A stretch of 64,000 nt of DNA from Actinomycetota bacterium (GCA_019347675.1 JAHWKW010000001.1:168958-232957), one strand, 5' to 3'. Shown: positions 24,697-34,571, numbered from the stretch's first letter. Translations and numbers: made by a program. Notes: generated by a model from the sequence alone, not told the origin.

Positions 24697-26226
24697 GTGC
24701 CCACGTTCGAGGTGACCGCCGCGGAGCTGACCGCGGCAGAGGCCGACGTCGTCGCGATCCCCGCGGTCGCGGCGCCTTCGCTCGACGAGGATGCCGACGA
24801 GCAGGCCGATCCCCCGGTGCCGACGCTCGGGCCCGGCGCGGAGCAGCTGGCCGCCGCGATCGACGTGGACCTCGGCGCCGAGTGCCGGGCACTGCGGTTC
24901 GACGGGAGCGTCGGGAGCGTCGCGCGGATCCCGACGCGGGGCGCGATCCCCGCGTCGCTCGTGCTGATCGTCGGCCTGGGCAAATCCGAGGACCTCGACG
25001 CCGAAGCGGTGCGCAAGGCCGCCGCCGCGGTCGCCGACGCGACGTCCAGACAGCGGTCGATGGCCACGACCATCCCGGCCGGTGCCGATCGCTTGGAGCC
25101 GGCCCGCGCTGCACAGGCGTTCGTGGAAGGGCTGTCGCTCGGCGCCTACCGCTTCAGCCACTACAAGTCCAAGACCGACGAGCACCGCCTCGAGCAGGTC
25201 GCGGTCCACGGCACCGCGACGGACGCTGTCGGCGATGGCGTCCGCACCGGTGACATCCACGCGCGGGCGGCCGCCGTCGCCCGCGACCTCGTCAACGAAC
25301 CTGCTGCCAACAAGCGCCCCCCCGGATTCGCCGACCGCGTCCGAACGCTGGTCGACGGCACCGACGTGGACATCACCGTCCTCGACGAGGCGGCCCTGGA
25401 GCGGGGCGGGTACGGGGGGATCATCGCCGTCGGGAAGGGATCGGAGGCGCCACCGCGGCTGGTCGAGCTGAGCTACGCCCCAGACGGTGCCGAGCGTCAT
25501 GTCGCACTGGTCGGCAAGGGCATCACCTTCGACTCCGGCGGGCTGTCGCTGAAGTCCGGGAGCGGGATGATGACCATGAAGATGGACATGGGCGGTGCGG
25601 CGGCGGTCGTCGCGACCGTCACGGCCGCCGCGGAGCTGCAACTCCCCGTGCGCCTGACCGGCGTGTTGGCCCTGGCCGAGAACATGCCATCGGCGACGGC
25701 GCAGCGCCCCGGCGACGTGTACACCGCCCGCAACGGCAAGACCGTCGAGGTGCTGAACACCGACGCCGAGGGGCGCCTCGTGCTGTCCGACGCGCTGGCT
25801 CACGCCAGCGAACGCCAGCCCGACGTCGTCGTGGACCTCGCCACGCTCACCGGCGCGGTCGTCGTGGCGCTCGGAAACCGCATCGGCGGAGTCCTCACCG
25901 ACCACGACGGCTTGGCCGACGGCCTGCTCGCCGCGTCCCAGACGTCGGGTGAGCGTCTGTGGCGCCTGCCGCTCCCCGACGACTACCGCGAGGACCTCAA
26001 GAGCGAGGTCGCCGACCTGAAGAACATCGGCCAGCAGGGCGTCGCCGGGACCATCATCGGTGGGCTGTTCCTCAAGGAGTTCGTCGCCGACGGGATCCCC
26101 TGGGCGCACCTGGACATCGCCGGGATCGCCTGGTCGGACAAGCAGTACGGCTACGTGCGCAAGGGCGGGACCGGCGCGCCGGTCCGCACGCTCCTGGAGT
26201 GGCTGACCGCCGGCGCCGGCGCCTGA
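24697..26226 (+). CDS. pepA: Leucyl aminopeptidase (M17)
   Basis: VGKGITFDSGGLSLK...MKMDMGGAAAV...NTDAEGRLVLSDAL...DLATLTGA...WAHLDIAG. AGGAGG precedes GTG 24697. Confidence 0.95.
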   Translation: MPTFEVTAAELTAAEADVVAIPAVAAPSLDEDADEQADPPVPTLGPGAEQLAAAIDVDLGAECRALRFDGSVGSVARIPTRGAIPASLVLIVGLGKSEDLDAEAVRKAAAAVADATSRQRSMATTIPAGADRLEPARAAQAFVEGLSLGAYRFSHYKSKTDEHRLEQVAVHGTATDAVGDGVRTGDIHARAAAVARDLVNEPAANKRPPGFADRVRTLVDGTDVDITVLDEAALERGGYGGIIAVGKGSEAPPRLVELSYAPDGAERHVALVGKGITFDSGGLSLKSGSGMMTMKMDMGGAAAVVATVTAAAELQLPVRLTGVLALAENMPSATAQRPGDVYTARNGKTVEVLNTDAEGRLVLSDALAHASERQPDVVVDLATLTGAVVVALGNRIGGVLTDHDGLADGLLAASQTSGERLWRLPLPDDYREDLKSEVADLKNIGQQGVAGTIIGGLFLKEFVADGIPWAHLDIAGIAWSDKQYGYVRKGGTGAPVRTLLEWLTAGAGA

Positions 26227-26245
26227 CGACCCGCGAGGCAGTCGA

Positions 26246-27538
26246 TCACGAGCCGTCCTCTTCAGCGGACGGGACGCTGGGGGGCTCGCCTTCCGTCGCG
26301 CCGCTGCGCAGGTACGCGATCCACCGCCGGTGCGCGAGCTCCTCGTCGCTGAGCTCGTCCTCGTCGACGTCGTCGCGCAGGTGGGCTGGGACGGGGAGCT
26401 CCCCGGCGTCGCGGCGCATGGCGACGGCGGTCGCCAGGGCCGTGGTCAGGGGCACCGCCGATATCAGCCCGACCGACCCCACCAGCGTCCGCACCACCTC
26501 CTCGGCGACGATCTCGGCGTTGACGATCTCGGCCGCCGGCAGGCCACCCGTCGAGAACAACACGATCAGCGGGATGGACGCCCCGACGTAGGCCAGCACC
26601 AATGTGTTCACGGTCGACGCGATGTGGTCGCGTCCCACGCTCATCGCCCGCCGGAACACCTCACCGAAGGACTGGTCGGGGTTGGCCTCGTGGACGGCGA
26701 ACACGGTCGACGCCTGACTGACGGTGACGTCGTCCAGGACGCCCAGCGCCCCGATCACCAGGCCGGCCAGGACCAGGCCGCGCAGGTCCAGCCCCTCGAC
26801 CGCGAAGCGAGCCAGGCTCGCCTCCTCCGACGCGAGTCCGGTCAGGTTGGCGAACGCGACGAACGCCACCCCGAGCAGGGCGGTGAGGCCCAACGCCGCG
26901 GCCGTCCCGATCAGGGCGGCGCTGGTCTTCACCGTGAAGCCGTGGGCGAGGTACAAGGTGACCAGCATGATCGCGAACGCCCCGACCACAGCGACCGCGA
27001 ACGGGTTGCTCCCCGCCAGGATCCCGGGGACCACGAACCACACGATGATCGCCAGGCTCAGCGCCAGTCCGGCCAGCGACCGCACCCCGTACCAGCGGCC
27101 CACCGCCACCGCGGCGGCCACGAACACCAGGAACAGCACCAGCAATGGCCGCAGCCGGGCGAAGTCCGCCACGTAGTAGGTGCGGTCGGCCTCGCCGATC
27201 GTCGCGACGCCGACGCGGACACGGTCACCGTGTTCGAACGCCGGGTAGTCCTCCTCGGCCGTATCGATGCGGAACGTCTCGCCGGCACCCGGCCCCTCGA
27301 GGATGGCGACCTCGACCCGTTGGCACGGGCCCGTGCGCTGGAACCCGAACGCCTCCTCGGCCTGAGAGCCGAGGTCGGGGCACTGGTAGTCCTGTGCCTG
27401 CACCACGCGACCGGCGTACAGCGGCGGGGCGCCGGGGGCCTGCGGCCGTTGCCCCGGCCACAGCAACCACATCCCAAGGGCGGTGAGGGCCACCAGGACC
27501 GCCACGGCGATCAGCATGGCGCGTTCGACGTGCTGCAC
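26246..27538 (-). CDS. YibE/F-family membrane protein
   Basis: N-terminal TM and extracytoplasmic domain, then multiple TM helices with GVLDDVTVSQASTVFA...SVGRDHIASTVNTLVLAYVGAS. GTG 27538 has a GGAGG SD. It lies inside track ORF 26246..28285. Confidence 0.8.
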   Translation of the reverse strand: MQHVERAMLIAVAVLVALTALGMWLLWPGQRPQAPGAPPLYAGRVVQAQDYQCPDLGSQAEEAFGFQRTGPCQRVEVAILEGPGAGETFRIDTAEEDYPAFEHGDRVRVGVATIGEADRTYYVADFARLRPLLVLFLVFVAAAVAVGRWYGVRSLAGLALSLAIIVWFVVPGILAGSNPFAVAVVGAFAIMLVTLYLAHGFTVKTSAALIGTAAALGLTALLGVAFVAFANLTGLASEEASLARFAVEGLDLRGLVLAGLVIGALGVLDDVTVSQASTVFAVHEANPDQSFGEVFRRAMSVGRDHIASTVNTLVLAYVGASIPLIVLFSTGGLPAAEIVNAEIVAEEVVRTLVGSVGLISAVPLTTALATAVAMRRDAGELPVPAHLRDDVDEDELSDEELAHRRWIAYLRSGATEGEPPSVPSAEEDGS

Positions 27539-27642
27539 CGTGCCTCCGTTGCCGGGTCGCACACCGTAACGCCCCGCCGGCTGCCGCCAGTGCCCGACCC
27601 ACGTTGGTGACCCGTCGACGACCCAGCGCGGTGCGTCGGTGG

Positions 27643-28026
27643 TCAGGCCTCGAGCTTGGCCAAGAACCGGTTGCGGTCGACCAGCACGCGGCGGTGGCGG
27701 ACGGTCGCGACGACTTCGCCGTCCTGACGGAGGATCACGTTGAACTCCAGGCGCCGGCCGTGGTGACCGATCAGGGTCGCCTCCACCTCGACGGTCGCCC
27801 CGACCGGACTGGGTTTGTCGTGTTCCAGCTCGACGTGCGTGCCGAGCGTGGTCTGCCCCTCCGGAACGTCGCGCCCCACGGCCGTGACGCACGCGTGCTC
27901 GGCCAGTGCCAGCACCTTGGGCGTCGCCAGGACGGGGACGTCGCCGGAACCCATCGCGATGGCGGTGGCGTCCTCGGTCACCGTGAAGGTGGTGTGGTGG
28001 CGCAGCCCAGGATCGCACTGGCCCAT
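27643..28026 (-). CDS. Hotdog-fold thioesterase (FlK-like)
   Basis: FTVTEDATAIAMGSGDVPVLATPKVLALAEHACV...TTLGTHVELEHDKPSPVGATVEVEATL...GRRLEFNV. Confidence 0.7.
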   Translation of the reverse strand: MGQCDPGLRHHTTFTVTEDATAIAMGSGDVPVLATPKVLALAEHACVTAVGRDVPEGQTTLGTHVELEHDKPSPVGATVEVEATLIGHHGRRLEFNVILRQDGEVVATVRHRRVLVDRNRFLAKLEA

Positions 28027-28125
28027 CGGGGACCTCGGTCGGGTGGTCGGTGGGGACGAGGCTACCGTTGGCGGGCCCCGCCCGGAGCCCACCACCTGGA
28101 CACCCCCGCCGCTGTCCTCGCCGTC

Positions 28126-28929
28126 GTGCTGCTCGAGATGGCCGTCGGTGGTTCGGCGCTGCTGTGGTGGGCCCCGACCTGGGGCGCCGTCCGCCACGGC
28201 TACGAGATGCTGCTCGGAACGACGCTGGGGCTGATGGCCTTGGCGGCGTGGGCAGCGTCGCGCGGCCCCCTCGCCGAACTCTCACTCGCGGTGGACGCTC
28301 CCGCGATCCGCGTCACATCGGCCGGGGTGCTGGTCACGGCCACGGCGACCTTCCTGGCGGTCGCCGTCCTGGTGCTGCGACACCCCGGCGTCGCTCGAGC
28401 GCTGGGTTCGCTGGGGACGGCCGCGGGGATCGCCACGCTGGTGGCGCTGGCACAGGTCCGCGGGGCCGCCGCCGGGGCGGGTCCGACCTGGCGGGGGGTG
28501 GCGGAACTGCTGGCGGGGACCTACTTCCTCGGCGCGGTGTGGAACGGGATGGTCCTCGGCCACTGGTACCTGGTGGAGCGCCGGCTCTCCAACCGCTACA
28601 TGGTGTGGATGGCGTGGGTGAACGTCGGCGCGGTCGGGGCGGGTCTCGCCTCGGTCCTGCTGTCGGCGACGAACCCGGTCCCGTGCGCGGGGCTGGAGGG
28701 CCGGGCGCTGGCGCTGTGTCGCCTGCGGTACTCGCCGCTGCTGTCGGTGGGGAGCGTGACGGTGATGATGGGCGCCGGTCTGATCGTGGTGATCGCCCTG
28801 ATCGCGGCGTTCAACGTCAAGCTCGCGCGCGAAGGGGGACGATCCATCCAGGCATCCACCGGGATGTTCTACCTTGCGGTGATCCTGGCACCCGCGGCCG
28901 AGTTCGCGGCGAAGGTCCGCTTCTTCTAG
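28126..28929 (+). CDS. Hypothetical integral membrane protein
   Basis: About 7 hydrophobic helices (for example GTYFLGAVWNGMVLGHWYLVERRL). The start is uncertain (GTG 28126 or ATG 28138). It lies inside track ORF 27604..28929. Confidence 0.55.
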   Translation: MLLEMAVGGSALLWWAPTWGAVRHGYEMLLGTTLGLMALAAWAASRGPLAELSLAVDAPAIRVTSAGVLVTATATFLAVAVLVLRHPGVARALGSLGTAAGIATLVALAQVRGAAAGAGPTWRGVAELLAGTYFLGAVWNGMVLGHWYLVERRLSNRYMVWMAWVNVGAVGAGLASVLLSATNPVPCAGLEGRALALCRLRYSPLLSVGSVTVMMGAGLIVVIALIAAFNVKLAREGGRSIQASTGMFYLAVILAPAAEFAAKVRFF

Positions 28930-28954
28930 AAGCCCGGTCCGACGGAGGCGGCGG

Positions 28955-29860
28955 ATGGGAGTCACGTTCTTCGTTGTCCCCCACCCGGACGACGAGTTCA
29001 GTGCGTGGACGCTGGTGACGCGCGTCGAACGGCCGGTGCTCCTGCTGATGACCCAAGGGGAGCGCTCCGTGCGCTGCGCCGAGCATGGCGGGATCGGTTC
29101 GCAGGCGTGCAAGGACCAGCGCGTCGCGTCGTGGCACCAGTTCCTGGACGCCACCGACTACGTCGCGCGCGACGACCGGTTGGTGTTCGACCTCGGTGAC
29201 CAGCGCGCCACGGCCGAGGGGGTGTCTTCCGCGATCCGTTCGGCAGCGACGACGTTCGGTGATCCGGACGTTGTGGTGGCAGCCGGCTACTTCAACGAGG
29301 CGGAACCCGGCCACATCTACACCCACCCCGACCACCGCGCGGTCCACGAAGCTGTCGCGGCCGGCCCGTGGCCGGCCTGGGGGCGGACCGGGCCACGGTT
29401 GGCGCAGGCCACGTTTCACCTCGCCGACCACGACGACTACATGCGCTGCCCCGACGGGCACTTCCAGCGGGCGTACCGGTGGTTGCGTCCGCCGTGCTGG
29501 CCCGAGGACGGCGCGGGGACCGGTTTGCAGCAGACCCAACACTTCTGGAGGACGCAGATGGCACGACCGACGTTGCGGATCGCAGGAGCCTCGCGGATCG
29601 ACACGGCTGTGGCCATCTCGCGCCATGCCTTCCCCACCGGCGCGCAGCAGGTGTTCCTCGCGCGGGCCGACACCGCCGCGGACGCCATCGCGGCCGCCCC
29701 GCTGGCGCAACGCGGCCCGATCCTGCTGGTGTGGCCAGACCAACCCCTCCCGCCGGTCGTGCGCGACGAGATCAGGCGACTCGCGCCCCAGCTGGTCGTG
29801 GCCCTGGGCGGTCCAGGCGCGGTCCCTCAACGGCTCCTGGACGAAGCCGCCAACGCCTGA
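28955..29860 (+). CDS. PIG-L/LmbE-like deacetylase domain fused to one putative cell-wall-binding repeat 2 (CWB2)
   Basis: N-terminus VVPHPDDEFSAW ... HPDHRAVHEA. C-terminus RIAGASRIDTAVAISRHAF...VFLARADTAADAIAAAPLA...PILLV...VVALGGPGAV. Confidence 0.7.
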   Translation: MGVTFFVVPHPDDEFSAWTLVTRVERPVLLLMTQGERSVRCAEHGGIGSQACKDQRVASWHQFLDATDYVARDDRLVFDLGDQRATAEGVSSAIRSAATTFGDPDVVVAAGYFNEAEPGHIYTHPDHRAVHEAVAAGPWPAWGRTGPRLAQATFHLADHDDYMRCPDGHFQRAYRWLRPPCWPEDGAGTGLQQTQHFWRTQMARPTLRIAGASRIDTAVAISRHAFPTGAQQVFLARADTAADAIAAAPLAQRGPILLVWPDQPLPPVVRDEIRRLAPQLVVALGGPGAVPQRLLDEAANA

Positions 29861-29955
29861 CCCGCCAGTTGCCAGGCGTCGGGTGTCCTGGCTGGTACGA
29901 CCAGTACCGACCCGTCCTCAGCGAGTGGCGCAGGTGCTGGGAGGCAGTGCGAGGG

Positions 29956-30204
29956 TCACAGCGGGCGCGGCTCCTGCCACAACGTCTCGTCCCGTTCCTT
30001 CTCCCGCCGCTTCTTTAACGCGTAACCCAACGCGCCCGCTCCCGCCAGGAGGAGGACAACGAACTTGCCCTTCCCGCCTGACGTGTCCTCTTCCTCATCG
30101 CTGGTCACAGCCTCCTTGGCGACCTTCCCGGCGAGGGCGACCTTGGCCGCTTCCTTCGCCTTGTCCTTCACCGTGGAGTCGTCGTCCTTGCTCCGTCGGA
30201 ACAC
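29956..30204 (-). CDS. Small Lys/Glu-rich tail-anchored membrane protein (82 aa), hypothetical
   Basis: VFRRSKDDDSTVKDKAKEAAKVALAGKVAKEAVTSDEEEDTSGGKGKFVVLLLAGAGALGYALKKRRE... GTG 30204 has a GAGGAGA SD. Confidence 0.45.
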   Translation of the reverse strand: MFRRSKDDDSTVKDKAKEAAKVALAGKVAKEAVTSDEEEDTSGGKGKFVVLLLAGAGALGYALKKRREKERDETLWQEPRPL

Positions 30205-30260
30205 CGCTGGGTCTCCTCGTCGCTGCACGGGTCGATCAGGCGACAGCCTGCCACAGCCGT

Positions 30261-30980
30261 CTACGCCTCCACGGCCGACTGACCGAAGCGGGCCAGAACC
30301 ATGCCGCCGTCGAGCGGGATCACCGCGACGTGGATGCCCTCGTCGTCGATGAGGCCCTGCACGAACGCCCGCCGCGACCGTAGTTCCTGGCCGCGTCCGA
30401 CCGCCGCGCCGAGGAGGACCAGCGTGCCTCCCGGGCGGAGCAGGCGACGGACGTGGTCGCGCAGCTCGTGGTGATCGACGCTCCGCGAGACCACCACGAG
30501 GTCGTAGCCGTGATCCGAGAGCCGTGGGAGGACCTCGAGCGGATCGCCGGGGATGGCCCGGACACGGCCCGGTGGTGCTGCTTCCTCGAACGCCTGGCTC
30601 GCCAGTGCCTGGATCGCGGGGTCCGGTTCGATGCTGGTGAGCATGCCCCTGGGTGGCATGCCACGGAGCAGGCACAGGCCCGTCATCCCCGCGGCCGACC
30701 CGATCTCCACCACGGTCCGTGCGGACACGGCCGCGGCCACCCAGCTCAGGAGCGCGCCCACCGGTGGCGACGGGACAGCCACGTCCACGCCGACGCGGCC
30801 GCGGACGGCATCCATGGCCGCGTCCTCGGCCGCAGCCAGCTCGGTGAGCTGAGCCAACGTGAGCTCGTCGGGGACGGCGGGCCCACCGGGAGTGGAGACC
30901 TCAGCCTCGGATCGCGAGGGACGAGGGCCGGTGGGACGGAACAGCTCGTCGGCGCCCGGAAGGCTCGCTCGACGTTCCAC
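30261..30980 (-). CDS. Class I SAM-dependent O-methyltransferase (caffeoyl-CoA OMT-like)
   Basis: VVEIGSAAGMTGLCLL...DLVVV...LLRPGGTLVL. It is divergent from sigE, as with the O-methyltransferase next to mycobacterial sigE (synteny from memory). Confidence 0.8.
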   Translation of the reverse strand: MERRASLPGADELFRPTGPRPSRSEAEVSTPGGPAVPDELTLAQLTELAAAEDAAMDAVRGRVGVDVAVPSPPVGALLSWVAAAVSARTVVEIGSAAGMTGLCLLRGMPPRGMLTSIEPDPAIQALASQAFEEAAPPGRVRAIPGDPLEVLPRLSDHGYDLVVVSRSVDHHELRDHVRRLLRPGGTLVLLGAAVGRGQELRSRRAFVQGLIDDEGIHVAVIPLDGGMVLARFGQSAVEA

Positions 30981-31088
30981 GGTCGCCTCCTGATCGGCCG
31001 CCGAACGCTAGCAGGCATCGTGCGGTCCGCGCGCGCAGATTCGACACCTCGGGAACCTCCGGCCACGGCACCGGCGTTGCCCCCAGAC

Positions 31089-31790
31089 GTGACACGTGCT
31101 GCTCCACCGCCTCTGTTGGAGGGGCTCCGAGGCGTGCTCGGCGGTACGCTCGCGCCGACGCGCGACGACAGGACGCCTGTGCTCGGGGGCCCGTTCCGAG
31201 CTATCAACGGTTCCGCGCCGGCCGCCTCCGGTGATGACGTCGATCGGTCTGCGGCGGCCGGAACAGACCCCGTCCCCACCTGGGACGAGGTTGCGACGCG
31301 GTACGGCCACAAGATCTACACGATCGCGTACCGGCTGACCGGCGATCCCGAGGAGGCCAAGGACCTCACCCAGGACGTCTTCGTGCGGGTGTACCGCAAC
31401 CTCGACAAGTACCAGCCGGGCACGTTCGAGGGCTGGCTGTACCGGATCACCAAGAACCTGTTCCTCGACCGGGTGCGTCGGCGCAAACGGGTACGCCTCG
31501 AGCCGCTCCCTGAGGACGAGTGGCGACAGCCTCAGGACGCCGGTCCCGGTCCGGAGGCCCGCTTGGAACAGGGCCTGCTGCGGGGCGACATCGAACAGGC
31601 ACTGACCGAGCTTCCCGCCGACTTCCGCACGGCGGTGGTGCTGTGTGACGTGCAGGGCCTGTCCTACGAGGAGATCGCGCGCGCCACGGGCTGGCCACTG
31701 GGCACGGTGCGCTCGCGCATCCACCGGGGTCGCAAGCTTCTGCGCGGTGTCCTACAGAGCGCCGCTGACCGCCGCGACGCCGATGCGTGA
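31089..31790 (+). CDS. sigE: ECF RNA polymerase sigma factor SigE
   Basis: IYTIAYRLTGDPEEAKDLTQDVFVRVYRNLDKY...FEGWLYRITKNLFLDRVRR...FRTAVVLCDVQGLSYEEIA...GTVRSRIHRGRKLL. The start is uncertain (in-frame GTG/TTG at 31089, 31116, 31134, 31179). Confidence 0.9.
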   Translation: MTRAAPPPLLEGLRGVLGGTLAPTRDDRTPVLGGPFRAINGSAPAASGDDVDRSAAAGTDPVPTWDEVATRYGHKIYTIAYRLTGDPEEAKDLTQDVFVRVYRNLDKYQPGTFEGWLYRITKNLFLDRVRRRKRVRLEPLPEDEWRQPQDAGPGPEARLEQGLLRGDIEQALTELPADFRTAVVLCDVQGLSYEEIARATGWPLGTVRSRIHRGRKLLRGVLQSAADRRDADA

Positions 31791-32208
31791 CGCGCGGTCG
31801 CGCTGGCCGTTCGGCGAGCGCCACGAGGAGGAGCGGCTGTCGGCGCTCCTCGACGACGAGCTGGACGACGACGAGGCGCTGGCCGTCACCCGCCACGTCG
31901 CTCGCTGCCAACGCTGCGAACGTGAGCTGACCGCGATCCGCCTGGCTCGGCTGGCGTTGCGTGCCCTGCCGGCGGTCGAGCCGCCGGCGGAGCTGTGCCG
32001 GGCCCTGCTCCGACCGCCTCGGCGTGCCCCGCGACGCTGGCGGTGGGCGGCCGCTTCGGTCGCCGGTGGGCTGCTCGTGGGCGCCGCGGCGTTCCTGGCC
32101 GGGCACGACGGCGGCACCATCGCGCCACCTGTGCATGTCTTCGTGGTGGATCATGCCGTCCGCAGCGACAGCGGCCCGGTCCTCAGACCGGTCGACGTCG
32201 ACCGCTGA
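31783..32208 (+). CDS. rseA: Anti-sigma-E factor (zf-HC2, RseA-like), single TM
   Basis: LSALLDDELDDDEALAVTRHVARCQRCERELTAI. ATG 31783 overlaps the sigE stop. TM segment WAAASVAGGLLVGAAAFLAG. Confidence 0.8.
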   Translation: MRDARSRWPFGERHEEERLSALLDDELDDDEALAVTRHVARCQRCERELTAIRLARLALRALPAVEPPAELCRALLRPPRRAPRRWRWAAASVAGGLLVGAAAFLAGHDGGTIAPPVHVFVVDHAVRSDSGPVLRPVDVDR

Positions 32209-32214
32209 CCGTCG

Positions 32215-33303
32215 ATGCGCGGTGGTGCGCCTGCGCGCGTGCGTCCTCGGTGGGTCGGGCTGGTGGCGCTGGGGGCGACGCTGCTCGCGTTCAGCGGCGT
32301 CCAGGCGGACGCCGACGAGCGCCAACCCTGGCGCGAGGTGCTCGAGCGGGCCGTGGAGGCCGGTCGTGACCGTGCCTACCGCGGTCAGCTGGTGGTCGTC
32401 TCGTTCGGCGCGCACGGACCGACCGTCGACCAGTTCTCGGTGTCACAGGGCGCGGACGGCTCGCTGGTGACCGACCGCACCGGTTCGTGGTTGCTGGGTC
32501 AGCGCGGTGATGAATCGTTCTTCGGTGACCACCAGACAGGGACCCTGCTTCGGCTGGGCGCGGTCGAACGCACGGGACTGCTCCTGCACCGACTGGCCCG
32601 GAAGTACGAGGTGTCCCTGGATGGTGCTGCGGACGCCGCCGGCGGCGCGGCGGCGGTGGTGGTGCTCCGCGAGCGCGGCGCACCTCATGTGCGTGAGCGT
32701 CTGTACGTCGATCGCCACACCGGCCTGCTGGTGCGCCGCGAGACCTACCGCGCCGACGGCCAGCCGGTGCGGCTGGCGACGCTGACGTCGGTCGATCGCA
32801 CGCCGACCGACCTGCCCCCGGTCGAGTCGAGCTGGCCCCGCGAGGTTCGCCCGACACACGCCCCGGTGTCGCGGCGGAGCGTGCGCATCCTGCGCGAGGT
32901 GGGTTGGGTGGTTCCCGACGAGTTGCCCGGCGCCTTCCATCTCGTCGACGCCTCCGCGGTCGGTGACGGCGAGGGCTCGTCGCTGCACCTGTTCTACAGT
33001 GATGGCCTGTACACCCTGTCGGTGTACGAGCAGCACGGCACGCCCGACGGTCAGGCGCTCTTGGCGCAGGGTGCGCAGCCCGGACGCTTGGGTCGGCTGC
33101 ACGTCTTCCGCTTCCCACGCGCGCAACCCGATGCGTACGTGTGGGGCGGAGGGGGGCTGACGTTCACGGCGGTCAGCGACGTGGCCCCCGACGCGGTGGC
33201 CGAGGCGCTCGAGGCGCTGCCGCACGATCCGCCGCCCTCGGTGCTGCGGCGTGTGGGCCGAGGCCTACGCCGGGTCGGGACCTGGCTGTGGCCGTTCCAC
33301 TGA
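32215..33303 (+). CDS. Secreted MucB/RseB-like protein
   Basis: Signal peptide WVGLVALGATLLAFSGVQADA. Segments YRGQLVVVSF, ERLYVDRHTGLLVRRETY and LHLFYSDGLYTLSVYEQ resemble the RseB N- and C-domains. Family assignment is by eye only. Confidence 0.55.
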   Translation: MRGGAPARVRPRWVGLVALGATLLAFSGVQADADERQPWREVLERAVEAGRDRAYRGQLVVVSFGAHGPTVDQFSVSQGADGSLVTDRTGSWLLGQRGDESFFGDHQTGTLLRLGAVERTGLLLHRLARKYEVSLDGAADAAGGAAAVVVLRERGAPHVRERLYVDRHTGLLVRRETYRADGQPVRLATLTSVDRTPTDLPPVESSWPREVRPTHAPVSRRSVRILREVGWVVPDELPGAFHLVDASAVGDGEGSSLHLFYSDGLYTLSVYEQHGTPDGQALLAQGAQPGRLGRLHVFRFPRAQPDAYVWGGGGLTFTAVSDVAPDAVAEALEALPHDPPPSVLRRVGRGLRRVGTWLWPFH

Positions 33304-33365
33304 CGTGTCGCCGTGGGGACTGAACCTCGGACACGCGGTCGGTCAGGTCGGGGACAGGAGGCACG

Positions 33366-34571
33366 ATGGAACAGCGTGATGAGAGCGACGGGGCCTGGGC
33401 GGTTCAAGACCCACGCCACGGTCCCGCCACCGCGGTCGCCGAGCCCGACCGCACGGCGACCGTCACCGCCCCGGGTCGCCGCCCTGCGCGGCGCGGCACC
33501 GCCACCGTGGTGCTGGCTGCGCTGGTCGGAGCGGTCCTGGGGACGGCCGCGACCTTGGCCCTGGCGCGCACCGCCGCAACGTCGGCGCCGCAGGTCCGTG
33601 CGCCAGTCGTCGAGGACCGTGGCGACGACCTGCTGTCGCCGGTCGCGGCCGTCGCCGAGGCGGTGGTGCCCAGCGTCGTGCGGATCAACCGTCTCACGGT
33701 TCGCGACGACGCAGGTGTGGAGGAGGGGCTGGGCTCGGGTGTGATCTACCGCTCCGACGGCTACATCATCACCAACAACCACGTCGTCGAGGGTGCGGAG
33801 CGTCTCCAGGTCCGCTTCGCCGATGGTGAACCGGTCCCGGCGGAGGTCGTGGGGACCGACGCGCTCACCGACGTCGCCGTCCTGAAGGTCGGCCGTGCAG
33901 GCCTTCCGGCCGTCAACGTGCGCGACGAGCCGGTCCGGGTGGGGGAGTTGGCGGTCGCGATCGGGAGCCCCTTCGGGTTGGACGCCACCGTCACCGCGGG
34001 GGTGGTGTCGGCTCTCAACCGCAGCATCGATGCTCCGATCGCCGGGGGGGTGATCTCGATCCCCAACGTCGTCCAGACCGACGCCGCGATCAACCCGGGG
34101 AACTCGGGCGGGGCGCTGGTGGATTCGCGAGGTCGCTTGATCGGGATCAACACCGCGATCCTGGGCACGGTCAGGATCGCGGGACAGGCGGGGAACATCG
34201 GGGTGGGCTTCGCGATCTCGGCGCACGATGCCGTCGCGGTCGCCGACAAGCTGATCGAGCAGGGGTTCGTGCGCCACGCCCGTCTGGGGATCCAGGCACG
34301 CGACCTCACGCCGAGCGTGGCCCGCGACTTCGGCATCGACGTCTCCGAGGGGGTGCTGATCGATCAGGTGGAGCCCGCAGGTCCAGCGGCGGAGGCGGGC
34401 TTGCAGCCCGGGGATGTGGTGATCGCCGCGGATGGACGACCGGTGGCGGGCATGGACCAGCTCGTGGCCGAGATCCGCGCCCGGGAGCCGGGTGACGTGC
34501 TGTCGTTGACGGTGGTGCGCGGCGAACGCGAGTTGCAGGTAGATGCCGTCCTCGGCGAGTGGCGCCGGTAG
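33366..34571 (+). CDS. htrA: HtrA/DegP-family serine protease with a PDZ domain
   Basis: GSGVIYRSDGYIITNNHVV...TDVAVLK...TDAAINPGNSGGALVD..., a PDZ domain (GVLIDQVEPAGPAAEAGLQPGDVVIA), and an N-terminal TM. Confidence 0.9.
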   Translation: MEQRDESDGAWAVQDPRHGPATAVAEPDRTATVTAPGRRPARRGTATVVLAALVGAVLGTAATLALARTAATSAPQVRAPVVEDRGDDLLSPVAAVAEAVVPSVVRINRLTVRDDAGVEEGLGSGVIYRSDGYIITNNHVVEGAERLQVRFADGEPVPAEVVGTDALTDVAVLKVGRAGLPAVNVRDEPVRVGELAVAIGSPFGLDATVTAGVVSALNRSIDAPIAGGVISIPNVVQTDAAINPGNSGGALVDSRGRLIGINTAILGTVRIAGQAGNIGVGFAISAHDAVAVADKLIEQGFVRHARLGIQARDLTPSVARDFGIDVSEGVLIDQVEPAGPAAEAGLQPGDVVIAADGRPVAGMDQLVAEIRAREPGDVLSLTVVRGERELQVDAVLGEWRR

